The translations under genes were made by a program, and so were the position numbers. A stretch of 54,578 bases of DNA from a virus (lineage: Duplodnaviria > Heunggongvirae > Uroviricota > Caudoviricetes): the IMG/VR virus record IMGVR_UViG_3300013383_000019; one strand, written 5' to 3'. Below the pieces are notes generated by a model, which was given only the letters and a program-made list of their open reading frames with translations, was not told the DNA's origin and searched no databases. Below are positions 30,601 to 39,530 of this stretch, piece after piece. Position 1 is the first letter of the stretch; each line of letters starts with the position of its first letter.

Positions 30601-32641
30601 ATTACCTCAGGTGCCTGCCGCGTTTTTTCGCTGACGGTCGCAATATACGCGCCAAGCCATTCAAAGCTCACGCCAAATTCTTCGGCGGACGCAGATGCTT
30701 TCTGCATCGCCACACCAATTTCATCGGCCTTTCTGTTACTTTTATGACCTACAAATATTCTGTAGGCGGATAGGATTTTCATCCTACCTCTGCAACTTAA
30801 ATAAGGTATGTTGCAGAACAGACTGTATCTTCATCCCTAAATAGGGAGTCCACCGTAGCTACATCATCACTGATGCAACATTCAGTCGTTACCGCGCTTA
30901 ACACGCATCGGAGTTACCCTCCTCAGGGCTTTCCCCGAACAAGTGGATTCTTTTATAACACATTACTGTGTATACGGGCTATTTGTCGTTAACCCGATGC
31001 CGATTCGTCTCCCAAGTATGCAAACACATCTACGACCTTCTGCGCAGACAAGTCCATTGTATTGGTGGCTGCCGTAACCAGTTCAGCCGCCTCTGTAAAT
31101 TCCAGCGAACTGATCTTCGCGTATTGCGTCGCCGCCTTGATACGCCGGTTTGTTTCGTCCTCATCCAGGCCCTGCCGCCAGAATTCCACGGCCGCCTTCG
31201 CAATGTCGGTAGAAGATACGCTCATCTCTTTTGCCAGCGTGCGGTATTCCGCGCCCAGCTTTGCCGCCTGCTCTTCGCTGTACCCCGAAACAATTCGGAT
31301 CTCGTTCATCAGATCATAGTATTCCGACGCGTAGGAGATCGCATCCTGGAACATGTTCTTAAGCGTATTGGTTGTCCATGTAATCGCCTGTTCTGCAAGC
31401 TTGGTTCCAATTTTGTCAAGGAACTGCCCGTTAATATCCAGCATTTCGCCCTGCTTGGAATACAGGTCGTTGACCTGGTGCAACGTGTTCTCAATTGCAG
31501 TAAGTTCTTCTTGGGAAAGCTGGAGCTTTTTCAACTGCTCGGCTACCTCATCGGTGGCTTTCTTCGCCTCATCCCCGACTTTCGCCCACGCTTCCATGCC
31601 GTCCTTATCTTTGTTCGCGTAAGACCTGCCGATACCGCTCAGCGCGGTCTGCATTTGCGCTAACGCCTTCTGTGCTTTCGCCAGCTGCTCTGCCCCGGCG
31701 TTTCCAGTGTTCGTGTTCTGCTTTGCCAGCACGTCGGAAATTTTCTGCTCCAGCGTAAGCAGCTGCTGTTTCCGTTCGGTTGTCAGGTCAAGCTTTTGAA
31801 TTTCCTCGCTCTGCTGGGTCAGCAGCTTTTTAGACGCTTCAATCCGCTCCTGCCAGTAGGACGTATCCTGTCCGCTTTTCTGTGCGCTGTTGTAGTTGCG
31901 GACATACTCGGCCAGCCGCTTGTATTCCTCCGTCATCTGCTTCAGGCCGGTTTCTCCGCTGCCGCTTTCTTTCAGCGCGCTCTGATATTGCTTGATGATT
32001 TTCGCGCGCTCTTCGCTCAGCTTATTCAGGTTTGAAAGCTGTTTCGCTTCGTCGCTCAGCGTCGAAGACTGTTCCCTGCTTTTTGCGATCAGTTCGCCGT
32101 ATTTCTGGATTTCCGAGTCCAGCCGCTTCGCCTGGTCGCTGCCCTCCGCAGCAGAAAGCCGCTGCGTTCGCAGAGAATACATTTCCTTAAGATAGCCGAT
32201 CTGTTCCTTATAAAGCGCGTTCGCCTTATCGATTTCCTTTGCGAGCTCACCCTTGGTTGTGGTCGTCCGGCTCAGCTATTCTCCCTGCTTCCGAACCTCC
32301 GTTATCGCAGCCCCGAGGTCTTTATAGCCTTTGGTGGTCTGCGTCATGCTGCCGTCTTTCGCTAGCTTGGAGGTGACGCTCATCACCCGTTCAATCTCGG
32401 TTGTCGCGCCGGCAAATCCAGTAGCCATTTCCTTCCCGGCCTGCCCGCCCGTCTTGGCCGCGCTCTGAACCTCGTCCTTGAGCCGCGTCAGCATCGCCTT
32501 AATCTGCTTCTCCACTACGTCGCTCATGTTCAGGTTCACGCCGGTGCCAATAGACTTCAGAAGCTTATTGACTCCCTCGACGTCCTTATTGAGCTTGCTC
32601 AGATCCAGCCGCAACGAGGCGATATATTTTTCGTCCGCCAA
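24633..32641 (-). CDS. Tape measure protein, about 2581 aa: exon 32641-30992 (TAG at codon 122, 32276-32278) plus exon 30728-24633
   Basis: ORFs 32276..32641, 30989..32182 and 24633..30782 join: KQGE*LSRTTT readthrough is in frame, and splicing restores AYLGDESASG|ADEIGVAMQK in the TP901-type tape measure domain. Confidence 0.9.
30729..30991 (-). ncRNA. Group I intron (263 nt, no ORF) in the tape measure gene
   Basis: P1 CGGGU|UA with UAGCCCG (U-G at splice site), P7 GACUG/CAGUC (GAAGAUACAGUC), terminal G, frame restored. Confidence 0.9.
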
Positions 32642-32675
32642 ATTCCTTCACTTCCTTTGTCTTATTGGGATTCGT

Positions 32676-32704
32676 TTGACAAACGCAAACGAACTTGCTA
32701 TATT
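32676..32704 (+). promoter_or_regulatory. Sigma-A promoter with extended -10
   Basis: TTGACA-17 bp-TATATT with TG at -15/-14. Confidence 0.85.
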
Positions 32705-32726
32705 ATTATTAAAAGGGGGTATTGAT

Positions 32727-33419
32727 TTGCTGGGCATATTTGTGTGGTTCCTTGTGGCACTTCCATTCTTATGGCCTGTATACAAACACTGGCGCACCGC
32801 TAAAGAGATGATCCCGATACACGACAAGGCGCAGGAAGCGTTCCATAAGGAATGCGACCGGCTTGGCATTCAATGTACCAAAGAATTCTCCGACGTCTAC
32901 AGCACCTCGTTCATCCGCTGCGACGATAAATCCGAACGCATCGCCGTATATGCCGGGAGATCGAACCGTTTTTCCGTTATCCCTTATAGCGATTTCTTCT
33001 CACTCTATCCTGACGCCTGGTTCAAAGACCCACCCCCCAAAAAGAGCGGCGCGAGCAAAACTCAATATGTAACGACCCGTATCGGCAACACATCAGTAAC
33101 AACGAAATACGACGGTATCACGGCCTTTAGTGCGCGGGTCGACGGATATAAGCCTGCTATTACGCCGATTCGCGACGGCGTTATCTGTCATTACTCCCCT
33201 GCTTTTGTTTTTGATATGACTGAGAACGTTGGTCATTCCCGTATAAAAAAAACAAAAGAATTCTGCGAAGCTACCGATAAGGAAATGCGCTACATCCGTA
33301 CCTATTCGTTTAACACTACCCCCGGTCAAACTTACGCTGAATGGAAAAAGATCGATGATGAGTTAACCCGCGCCCGCGCCAACAGACCCGACCCCTATGG
33401 GAACTACCATCTGAAATAA
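32727..33419 (+). CDS. Moron: membrane-anchored protein (230 aa) antisense to the tail operon
   Basis: AAGGGGG RBS, TTG start, N-terminal TM (LGIFVWFLVALPFLW), own promoter. Confidence 0.75.
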   Translation: MLGIFVWFLVALPFLWPVYKHWRTAKEMIPIHDKAQEAFHKECDRLGIQCTKEFSDVYSTSFIRCDDKSERIAVYAGRSNRFSVIPYSDFFSLYPDAWFKDPPPKKSGASKTQYVTTRIGNTSVTTKYDGITAFSARVDGYKPAITPIRDGVICHYSPAFVFDMTENVGHSRIKKTKEFCEATDKEMRYIRTYSFNTTPGQTYAEWKKIDDELTRARANRPDPYGNYHLK

Positions 33420-33439
33420 TAAAACCAGGTTTTCCGGTT

Positions 33440-34036
33440 TTATTTTTTTGCCAGATTCATCCCGCCCGGGATAGCGGCCGGCTTCTTCTGCACGCTCTTT
33501 ATCATATCGCGTTCTTTCACCGCGCCCAGAATATCGATCATCTTCTCCTTCAAGTCCTCCGCCTGCGCAAGCGTTTCGGCCGTTTTCTCCGCGTCCAGCA
33601 GATAACCCATCCGGTTCTTAATGAAGTAGGGCAGCGAACCGCGCTTTTCAATAGCCGCCGTCGCAGCAAACGCCATCTTGTCTCCCATGCCCAACGTAAA
33701 ATAGGCGTCCTCGCCGACGATCTCCCTTACCGTCTCCAACAGCTTTGTCCGCTTCGCGTAATCAAACACATCTTCCGTCGGAATACCGTCAACATCGATA
33801 TTGGTGTAGTATTTTACCATCACATAATCCCACTCAATATCCATTCGGTAGCTGTCATAAACAATGCCGTTCTCTTCATCTGCCACCACCAGTGCCCGCG
33901 CCGCGTATTCAGCCGCCGCCTCTTCCCGCTCCGCATAGGGCAGATAGTTCCGGATCTTCACCTGCGTGCCGTCTTCCAGCGCAACGTCTGTCCACACTTC
34001 CGGCTTCGCCGTCATATCAATTTTGATTTTTTCCAT
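33440..34036 (-). CDS. Tail-assembly-region protein (198 aa)
   Basis: AGGAG RBS, between the chaperone genes and tape measure. Confidence 0.75.
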   Translation of the reverse strand: MEKIKIDMTAKPEVWTDVALEDGTQVKIRNYLPYAEREEAAAEYAARALVVADEENGIVYDSYRMDIEWDYVMVKYYTNIDVDGIPTEDVFDYAKRTKLLETVREIVGEDAYFTLGMGDKMAFAATAAIEKRGSLPYFIKNRMGYLLDAEKTAETLAQAEDLKEKMIDILGAVKERDMIKSVQKKPAAIPGGMNLAKK

Positions 34037-34389
34037 TACCCTTTTGCTCCTTTAATTTTCCTGCTCGGTTTAATCTGCACATCGGCGCTGCCAAAGAAGT
34101 CTGCCAGCGCGTTCATAGCCTTATTATTCATACCGTTCTGCTCGCCGACGTTGAACGGGTTATGTTCCAATATCATATCCCAGCTGCTCTCGCAGAAACT
34201 GTTCCCGGCATAATTGACCACCGCATCATAGGTAAGCCGATACCCCAGCTCCGTCAAAATGTCTTCAAAGAAGACGTAGCTCATGTTATTAATCTGTTCT
34301 TCGTCCACAACGCCAAGATAGGTTGCCACCATCGCGACAGCCCGATCAAGGCTTATACCGCCGCCTTTCTGGTCCTCTCCATGTTTTTT
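34036..34389 (-). CDS. Tail assembly chaperone frameshift extension (gpT-like)
   Basis: -1 frame open from slippery A_AAA_AAC (34383-34389) through KGGGISLDRAVAMVATYLG to the stop at 34036; no clear RBS at ATG 34332. Confidence 0.75.
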   Translation of the reverse strand, partial: KKHGEDQKGGGISLDRAVAMVATYLGVVDEEQINNMSYVFFEDILTELGYRLTYDAVVNYAGNSFCESSWDMILEHNPFNVGEQNGMNNKAMNALADFFGSADVQIKPSRKIKGAKG

Positions 34390-34802
34390 AGTTTTTCTTC
34401 CTTCTCGTCAATCTTGTTTACGCGCCGGAAGATAGCGAGGATCTTTTCAATGGTCGCGGTATCCATCTCGTCGTAATTTGCAAGAATAAGCGCTTCATTA
34501 TCCGTCGCCGCGATGAGCCAGTCCATCAATGCTTTATCTCCATCACGCTCATCCCCAAACGCCCCCGCGTCCATCGCCAGCACATCCGTCACCGGATATA
34601 CGTCAAGCAGCTTGTAGAGCATCGCTGTCCGGTTCCGCTGGTATTTTAATTTTGTCGCCTTTATTTCAACCGGTTCTCCGCCGATCATTACCGTATTCTC
34701 AGGGTTCCCAACCTTCGGGAGTTCTTTTATTTTCGCCGGCGTTGCGTTCAGCTTTTTCTCCTGCTGTTCTGCGCTCGGCAGTTCTTTCTTTTTTGTGGCC
34801 AT
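34353..34802 (-). CDS. Tail assembly chaperone (gpG-like, 149 aa)
   Basis: AAGGAG RBS, MATKKKEL start, slippery heptamer near the 3' end. Confidence 0.8.
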   Translation of the reverse strand: MATKKKELPSAEQQEKKLNATPAKIKELPKVGNPENTVMIGGEPVEIKATKLKYQRNRTAMLYKLLDVYPVTDVLAMDAGAFGDERDGDKALMDWLIAATDNEALILANYDEMDTATIEKILAIFRRVNKIDEKEEKLKNMERTRKAAV

Positions 34803-34825
34803 ATTCCTTTGCTCCTTTACCGCAA

Positions 34826-34852
34826 ATAAAAAGCGCCCGAAGGCGCTCATTG
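34826..34852 (-). terminator. Terminator of PBECR4 cassette 2
   Basis: GAGCGCC-TTCG-GGCGCTT plus T-run. Confidence 0.8.
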
Positions 34853-34882
34853 AAATAATTTCGTTTATATTATTTATGGGAT

Positions 34883-35515
34883 TCATTTTTCAAAATCAGG
34901 TTTCGGAAGATAAGAGAATTCTGCGGGGTAAATAATTCTATCCCAATTGACTTTCCTCGCGTAGTAGACATTCTTCGAATAACTGCTCTTCGACGCCCGC
35001 ACAAAAACGGCAATAACTTGATACGGGGAAACAACACGTTCCCGTATGTCGTCGTTCAAAAAGGTATTCGGCACATATATTTTTCTTTCCGCGTCAAGCT
35101 TAAATCCTACGCAAGCACGACTGCTGCCTATAAGTTTCTCTGTGTATAGACTTATTCCGCTGCCATTGAAGTCCCCCCCCATCATTTTTGCATTCAAGAA
35201 TTGTCCCGAAAATGCATACGATAAGATTCGCAACTTCAGCTCAGTTGTCCCGTCTTGAGCAAAATCAAAATCGTCCGGACTTAATTTTTTCGCCAGGCAA
35301 CGATCATAAAAAGTATTTGCATTGTATTGCTGCGTCCCAAGAAGCTTCACACCTGTTAAATGCAAAAAGTTCGTTTTATCAAACGCAACTTCCACATAAA
35401 TAACGTGATTGCTAGACGGTTTATATCCGAGGAACAACATCTGCTTGTTTTCATAATTCATATGATAATTTTCAGCAGCGGAACAGATCGCTGCAATCGC
35501 CTGCGATTTATGCAT
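34883..35515 (-). CDS. PBECR4-like predicted ribonuclease, copy 2 (about 210 aa)
   Basis: A.NY......K..LF......EV.F...NFLHLTGV, F..DGTTELKL and YVPNT.L..DIR motifs; start may be 35515 or 35536. Confidence 0.8.
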   Translation of the reverse strand: MHKSQAIAAICSAAENYHMNYENKQMLFLGYKPSSNHVIYVEVAFDKTNFLHLTGVKLLGTQQYNANTFYDRCLAKKLSPDDFDFAQDGTTELKLRILSYAFSGQFLNAKMMGGDFNGSGISLYTEKLIGSSRACVGFKLDAERKIYVPNTFLNDDIRERVVSPYQVIAVFVRASKSSYSKNVYYARKVNWDRIIYPAEFSYLPKPDFEK

Positions 35516-35590
35516 AGCTTTTGTTGATTCCCCCATAAATTTATGGGAAGACCGCAACACCGCAGCATTGCCGGTCTTCCCAATTGTCCA

Positions 35591-35722
35591 GTTTTTCTGT
35601 TGCCCGCCAACTCACGGCTCCTTCCGTGCCAAGCGCGTTCTGCCGTATCATTTCTGGTTTTTCTGTTGCCAGCCAACTTACAGCTCCCTCCGCACCAAGT
35701 ACGTTCTGCTGCATCAATTTCG
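35591..35722 (-). repeat. Two tandem 66-nt repeats with compensatory base changes (candidate RNA antitoxin)
   Basis: Units 35591-35656 and 35657-35722; stem UACGGC/GCCGUG versus UGCAGC/GCUGUA; both end AACAGAAAAAC. Confidence 0.85.
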
Positions 35723-35771
35723 GGTTTAGGTGCTGAACACACCAGCGGGATGCCGCCCGCTCTCCAAATCC

Positions 35772-35800
35772 ATTATATGAAAGACATTAGCTTTTGTCAA
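35772..35800 (-). promoter_or_regulatory. Consensus sigma-A promoter of PBECR4 cassette 2
   Basis: TTGACA-17 bp-TATAAT. Confidence 0.9.
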
Positions 35801-35842
35801 CTGACAAAAACAGGAAATTATATTACAGTTATAATATTATCC

Positions 35843-35875
35843 AAAAAGAAAGGGGACCTGATTTCTCAGATCCCC
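35843..35875 (-). terminator. Terminator after the tail tube gene
   Basis: GGGGATCTGA-GAAA-TCAGGTCCCC plus TTTCTTTTT. Confidence 0.85.
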
Positions 35876-35886
35876 TCCTAAAAATC

Positions 35887-37335
35887 TTACGCCCAGTCGA
35901 CAGTTGTCTCCTCGGTCTTGGTAACGACGTTGCCGTTTGCGTCGAACGGCTCATAGGTCAGCGACCACATCTTGCCGTCTGCACGCTTCGGGTCGATGGA
36001 GCTGAAGGTAACGCTGTTGGTTGCAGCTGTCTTATCATTTATCTTCAACATGGTTCGCTATGCCATGCCCGCGTCTTTACGCTGCTGCATCTTTATATAT
36101 ACATGCAGATGAGACTATATCTTCCTCCTCTTTCTCAGGTAGGAGTCTTCCCATTTGGAGCGCCAATCACTTGCGCCCTACTCCCTTGCGGGATAGTCGT
36201 TAGGCTTTTATGGAATTAATCCTTTTTAGCACGGTGAGTTATCTTACCGGCGCTGCATCAACCGATAAGACTTTCTCCGTTTAAGGAAGGTTTTGTCAAG
36301 CACATTTCTGTGCAGGGAACCTATCTGTTAAGCTCGTGTCGAAACCCGGTGCCGCGCTTACGCGGACACGGTAAAGATGAATCTGAATTTCACCCTTCTG
36401 GGTAGATTCGGTGCAGTCAGTACCACTGGAATACCTTATGTTCACACAAGGTCGCTACTTCTTGTGCCGCTGCGGTGTACAACTTCGCAGCCGCTGCATC
36501 TTTATATATACATGCAGAGCAGACTATATCATGCTCCAACTTGGAGCCTCACCATTTCGAACGCCAATAGCTTGCGCCCTACTCTACTCGCTTCTTCGGT
36601 TTCCCTATGCTTTCGATAGTCGTTAGAGTTTCACAGTCAACGCTTGGTTGATTGATTACTACGGCAGGTTACCCTCATCGAGGGCTTTCCCCGTTTAGAT
36701 GAGTTATTCGATAAGGATCTCTCCTTAAAGGGTCAATTCAGTTTAACCGGCCATGTGGCGTACACCTCGCCCTTGGACATCGGGGTGGTTGTGCTGATGC
36801 CGATGCGGGTCGCGCCCACGCTGCGGCGCTTGTAAGAAACGCGGATGGTTTCGCCTTCGGTGTAGTCGCCTTCGGCGAAGGTGATCTCCGTCTTGGGTTC
36901 AGTGTCAGCTGTGCCCTTGGTCACCGCAACGGCAAATTTACCCACGGCAGCGGCTTCCGCCCGCTCCATATTACGGATCGCGACGGACTCAACCTGCACC
37001 TCGTAGGGGATTGTAATCTTGTTTTCCGTAACGTCGTAGCGCTTTGTCTCGAACTTACCGTAGTCGCCGGTCTGATCAGTCACCGCGTTCGCCATGGTAA
37101 ACATATCCATGGTAAACTGGGCGGAAGCAAAGCTCAGTTCCAGCGTCTTGTCGGTATCAATAACCGCCAGCGGGAAGAAGCTGTGACCGCCGTTGATGGT
37201 GATCGAGTTAGATGTGTTCGAGAAGTTTGTGCTGGTCTATTCGTCGAAGTTGAACACTGCGCCATCGCAGCGGATGAAGTCAACGTTTGCAACGTCGGCG
37301 ATATAACCATCATATTTCGGGATGTAAATGGCCAT
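35887..37335 (-). CDS. Major tail (tube) protein, 280 aa: exons 37335-36745, 36433-36331, 36035-35887; TAG at codon 33 (37237-37239)
   Basis: AGGAGG RBS; MAIYIPKYDG...FNFDE*TSTNF; spliced product TWPV|YSSGTDC...GFDTS|YKTAATNSVTFSSIDPKRADGK; exons total 843 nt. Confidence 0.88.
36036..36330 (-). ncRNA. Group I intron 2 of the tail tube gene (295 nt, no ORF)
   Basis: P1 GAGCU|UA with UAGGUUC, P7 GACUA/UAGUC (GAAGAUAUAGUC), terminal G. Confidence 0.9.
36434..36744 (-). ncRNA. Group I intron 1 of the tail tube gene (311 nt, no ORF; junction ambiguous by 1 nt)
   Basis: P1 GGUU|AA with UUGACC, P7 GACUA/UAGUC, terminal G; shares TCTGCATGTATATATAAAGATGCAGC and GTAGGGCGCAAG blocks with intron 2. Confidence 0.9.
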
Positions 37336-37392
37336 ACTATGGTTCCTCCTTGTTTTGTGTTCTGTTCCCGATTCCTCCTAAAATCAGTCCCG

Positions 37393-37878
37393 TCACACGG
37401 TTGTTTTATAGGAAAAGGTTATGTGATACCTTTTGTATCCCACAACCTTGGTCCACAAATTATATTCGTTTTCAAAGCGAAAACTCATATGCTGTATATG
37501 CTTCTCCCTGAGCAGAAGATATTTCAGCCGGTCGGCGATCAGGTGATACCGCTTCTGCAGGCGATCGCTCGTCGTGTTATACACCGCGTCGTCCTTGACG
37601 TAAATGTCCATTTCTTTGTAATGGAATTTCACGTTCGGGTTCCGCAGCGTGCCGCCGTCTGAGTCGTAGCAAATAATACGAACCTTTTCGTCCGTAATTA
37701 ACTCGTCCGGGTTCTCGCCTTCGATAAAATAGTTCGCGACAAAATCTATAACGTTTGCCCGCTCGGGGACCAGCATCAGCGTTCGAAGCTTCTCGTCCCG
37801 GAAGAGAACATACCGGATAATGTTATTCCAGTTGTCCGCCCATGTTCTGGTTTTTTCTACCATGCGTTCATCCGGCAT
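37393..37878 (-). CDS. Tail terminator / completion protein
   Basis: Directly upstream of the tail tube gene; start MPDERM chosen from the RBS. Confidence 0.65.
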   Translation of the reverse strand: MPDERMVEKTRTWADNWNNIIRYVLFRDEKLRTLMLVPERANVIDFVANYFIEGENPDELITDEKVRIICYDSDGGTLRNPNVKFHYKEMDIYVKDDAVYNTTSDRLQKRYHLIADRLKYLLLREKHIQHMSFRFENEYNLWTKVVGYKRYHITFSYKTTV

Positions 37879-37891
37879 CCAATCAGCCCCC

Positions 37892-38458
37892 TTATTGCGT
37901 ATGTATGTTTCCGGAAAATATGCTGTCCGGCAAATTGGCAGCCGCTGCATCAAGTGCATTCACCGCTCTCGCAGCGATTCTTTGCGCCGCGTTTTCGATA
38001 AAAAAATTTCCAACCTGATTAAACTGTTCAGGCAGCGCGTATTCAGACTTCGCGGCCGACGGCTGTTTCCCGGTGATGTCGTCGTCCCAGACAGAGCGCC
38101 CCGGAGGACCTGCCATGATAAAAGAATTCCCGACAACAGACCCGCTGCCGACTGCAATAATCATCGCCCGAACCTTTTCCGCCAAACTTTTCCGCCCCAG
38201 CAGAGCGGGCGCGCCGGCTCCGAGTTCAATGTAGTCCGTCGCGATTTCGCGCAAAACTTCCGTCATAGAGTCGCGCAGTTCTTCTCGCCATGCGGGCTTT
38301 CCGGGGCCGTCGCCATGCATCGTAACCATGACTTCCTGCTTCAATATCTCAATCAGCTGGTCTTCGATGCCTTCCAGCACCTTCACATAATAATCGCGCA
38401 GCGCAGCCTTGACCGCCGCCTCATTTATCGTCAGCTGGTTAATTTTGCTTTCCGCCAT
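37892..38458 (-). CDS. Neck / tail completion protein
   Basis: Synteny in the head-tail block. Confidence 0.65.
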   Translation of the reverse strand: MAESKINQLTINEAAVKAALRDYYVKVLEGIEDQLIEILKQEVMVTMHGDGPGKPAWREELRDSMTEVLREIATDYIELGAGAPALLGRKSLAEKVRAMIIAVGSGSVVGNSFIMAGPPGRSVWDDDITGKQPSAAKSEYALPEQFNQVGNFFIENAAQRIAARAVNALDAAAANLPDSIFSGNIHTQ

Positions 38459-38461
38459 TAA

Positions 38462-39247
38462 TTATTCACCGGCCTCATCCAGATCCCCGCCCGCAACGCG
38501 TTTTGCATGAATCGTCAACACACCAAATTTACGATTAATTTCTATTTCCGCCGCCGAGATATTGATAACGCGGTACGTGAATCCGTTAATTACAAACTGG
38601 TCGTTGATCTCGATGTTCTGCGTCTGGGAATTCCATTGCAGATAGCACGTAATCAGGTGGTCGGCGTGAATACCCGGGATGCCCTGCGACATCGAATAAT
38701 CCGGCCGCCCCGCATATTCCGCATGAATGCCCGGAATGTTGTCCGCTACCACGATTTCTTTCGCGTCCCAGATGAGAAATCCATTCGCGTCTACCATCTC
38801 TTCGCCCGGTCGGGTAAATTTGAATACAGTATTGCATTCAATCGACTGTGTCGCCTGGTTGTTCGGATGGTTCTGCACATTCCAGTTCAGCAGGAAAATC
38901 ATCCCGTCGTCGCGCACAACCATATCGCCCTTGTAAATCGGGATATCGTGCGTCACCTTAAAGTTGGTAGACATGTCTGAGTTACCAATCTTCGACTTCC
39001 AGTCAATAGGCGTCTGCTGCGCCCGCAGGTAGGTCGGCACATAGTCCGCTTCCTGCGCTTTGTACCAGTCATGTATCAGTTCAAACGTAAAGTTGACGTG
39101 TGGGATATCGTGCTGCAGCAGCCGCCTGAAATCCGCATCCAGCGTAGGCGGCGGCCGGAAGTCCCGGCGGGAGCCTCTCACAATTGCGGGGATAGTTTTC
39201 TTCGCGGCCTTTATTTCGTCCGTTCTCCCCCATACGACAGATGGCAT
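38462..39247 (-). CDS. Head-tail adaptor / closure protein (261 aa)
   Basis: Synteny; beta-rich I..GD.V...DG..FL and I.INDQF.I.G..YRV motifs. Confidence 0.65.
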   Translation of the reverse strand: MPSVVWGRTDEIKAAKKTIPAIVRGSRRDFRPPPTLDADFRRLLQHDIPHVNFTFELIHDWYKAQEADYVPTYLRAQQTPIDWKSKIGNSDMSTNFKVTHDIPIYKGDMVVRDDGMIFLLNWNVQNHPNNQATQSIECNTVFKFTRPGEEMVDANGFLIWDAKEIVVADNIPGIHAEYAGRPDYSMSQGIPGIHADHLITCYLQWNSQTQNIEINDQFVINGFTYRVINISAAEIEINRKFGVLTIHAKRVAGGDLDEAGE

Positions 39248-39520
39248 TTACTCACCGCCTTCCACAATGTTCTGCGGCAGGCGTTCAATTTCGCCGGCCT
39301 TGTCCAGCAGCTTGTGCTTTATCCTGCAAAACGCCGCCCAGGATTCATTAGACCATTCGCTCTTCGGCTTATTGTCGTTCAGCAGATAAGCCATATCCTC
39401 AACATCTGTGATCAGCCGCAGCTAATCCATTCGCAGCATGCCCGTGTACTCGTCCAGCCGGTAGCTCTTATCATATTGCGGCTCCAGCTTTTCATTATAA
39501 TATGTAACCTTAACCTTCAT
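39248..39520 (-). CDS. Head-tail block protein (90 aa), in-frame TAG at codon 33 (39422-39424); missed by the ORF track
   Basis: GAGGTG RBS; MKVKVTYYNEKLEPQYDKSYRLDEYTGMLRMD*LRLITDVEDMAY...VEGGE-TAA fills the gap exactly and abuts the next ATG. Confidence 0.82.
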
Positions 39521-39530
39521 GCGCGCCACC

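Noticed and set aside
35591-35722. CRISPR mini-array
   Set aside because: Units are contiguous 66-mers with no unique spacers, and there are no cas genes
30729-36744. Homing endonuclease genes in the introns
   Set aside because: All three introns are 263-311 nt, too short and without ORFs
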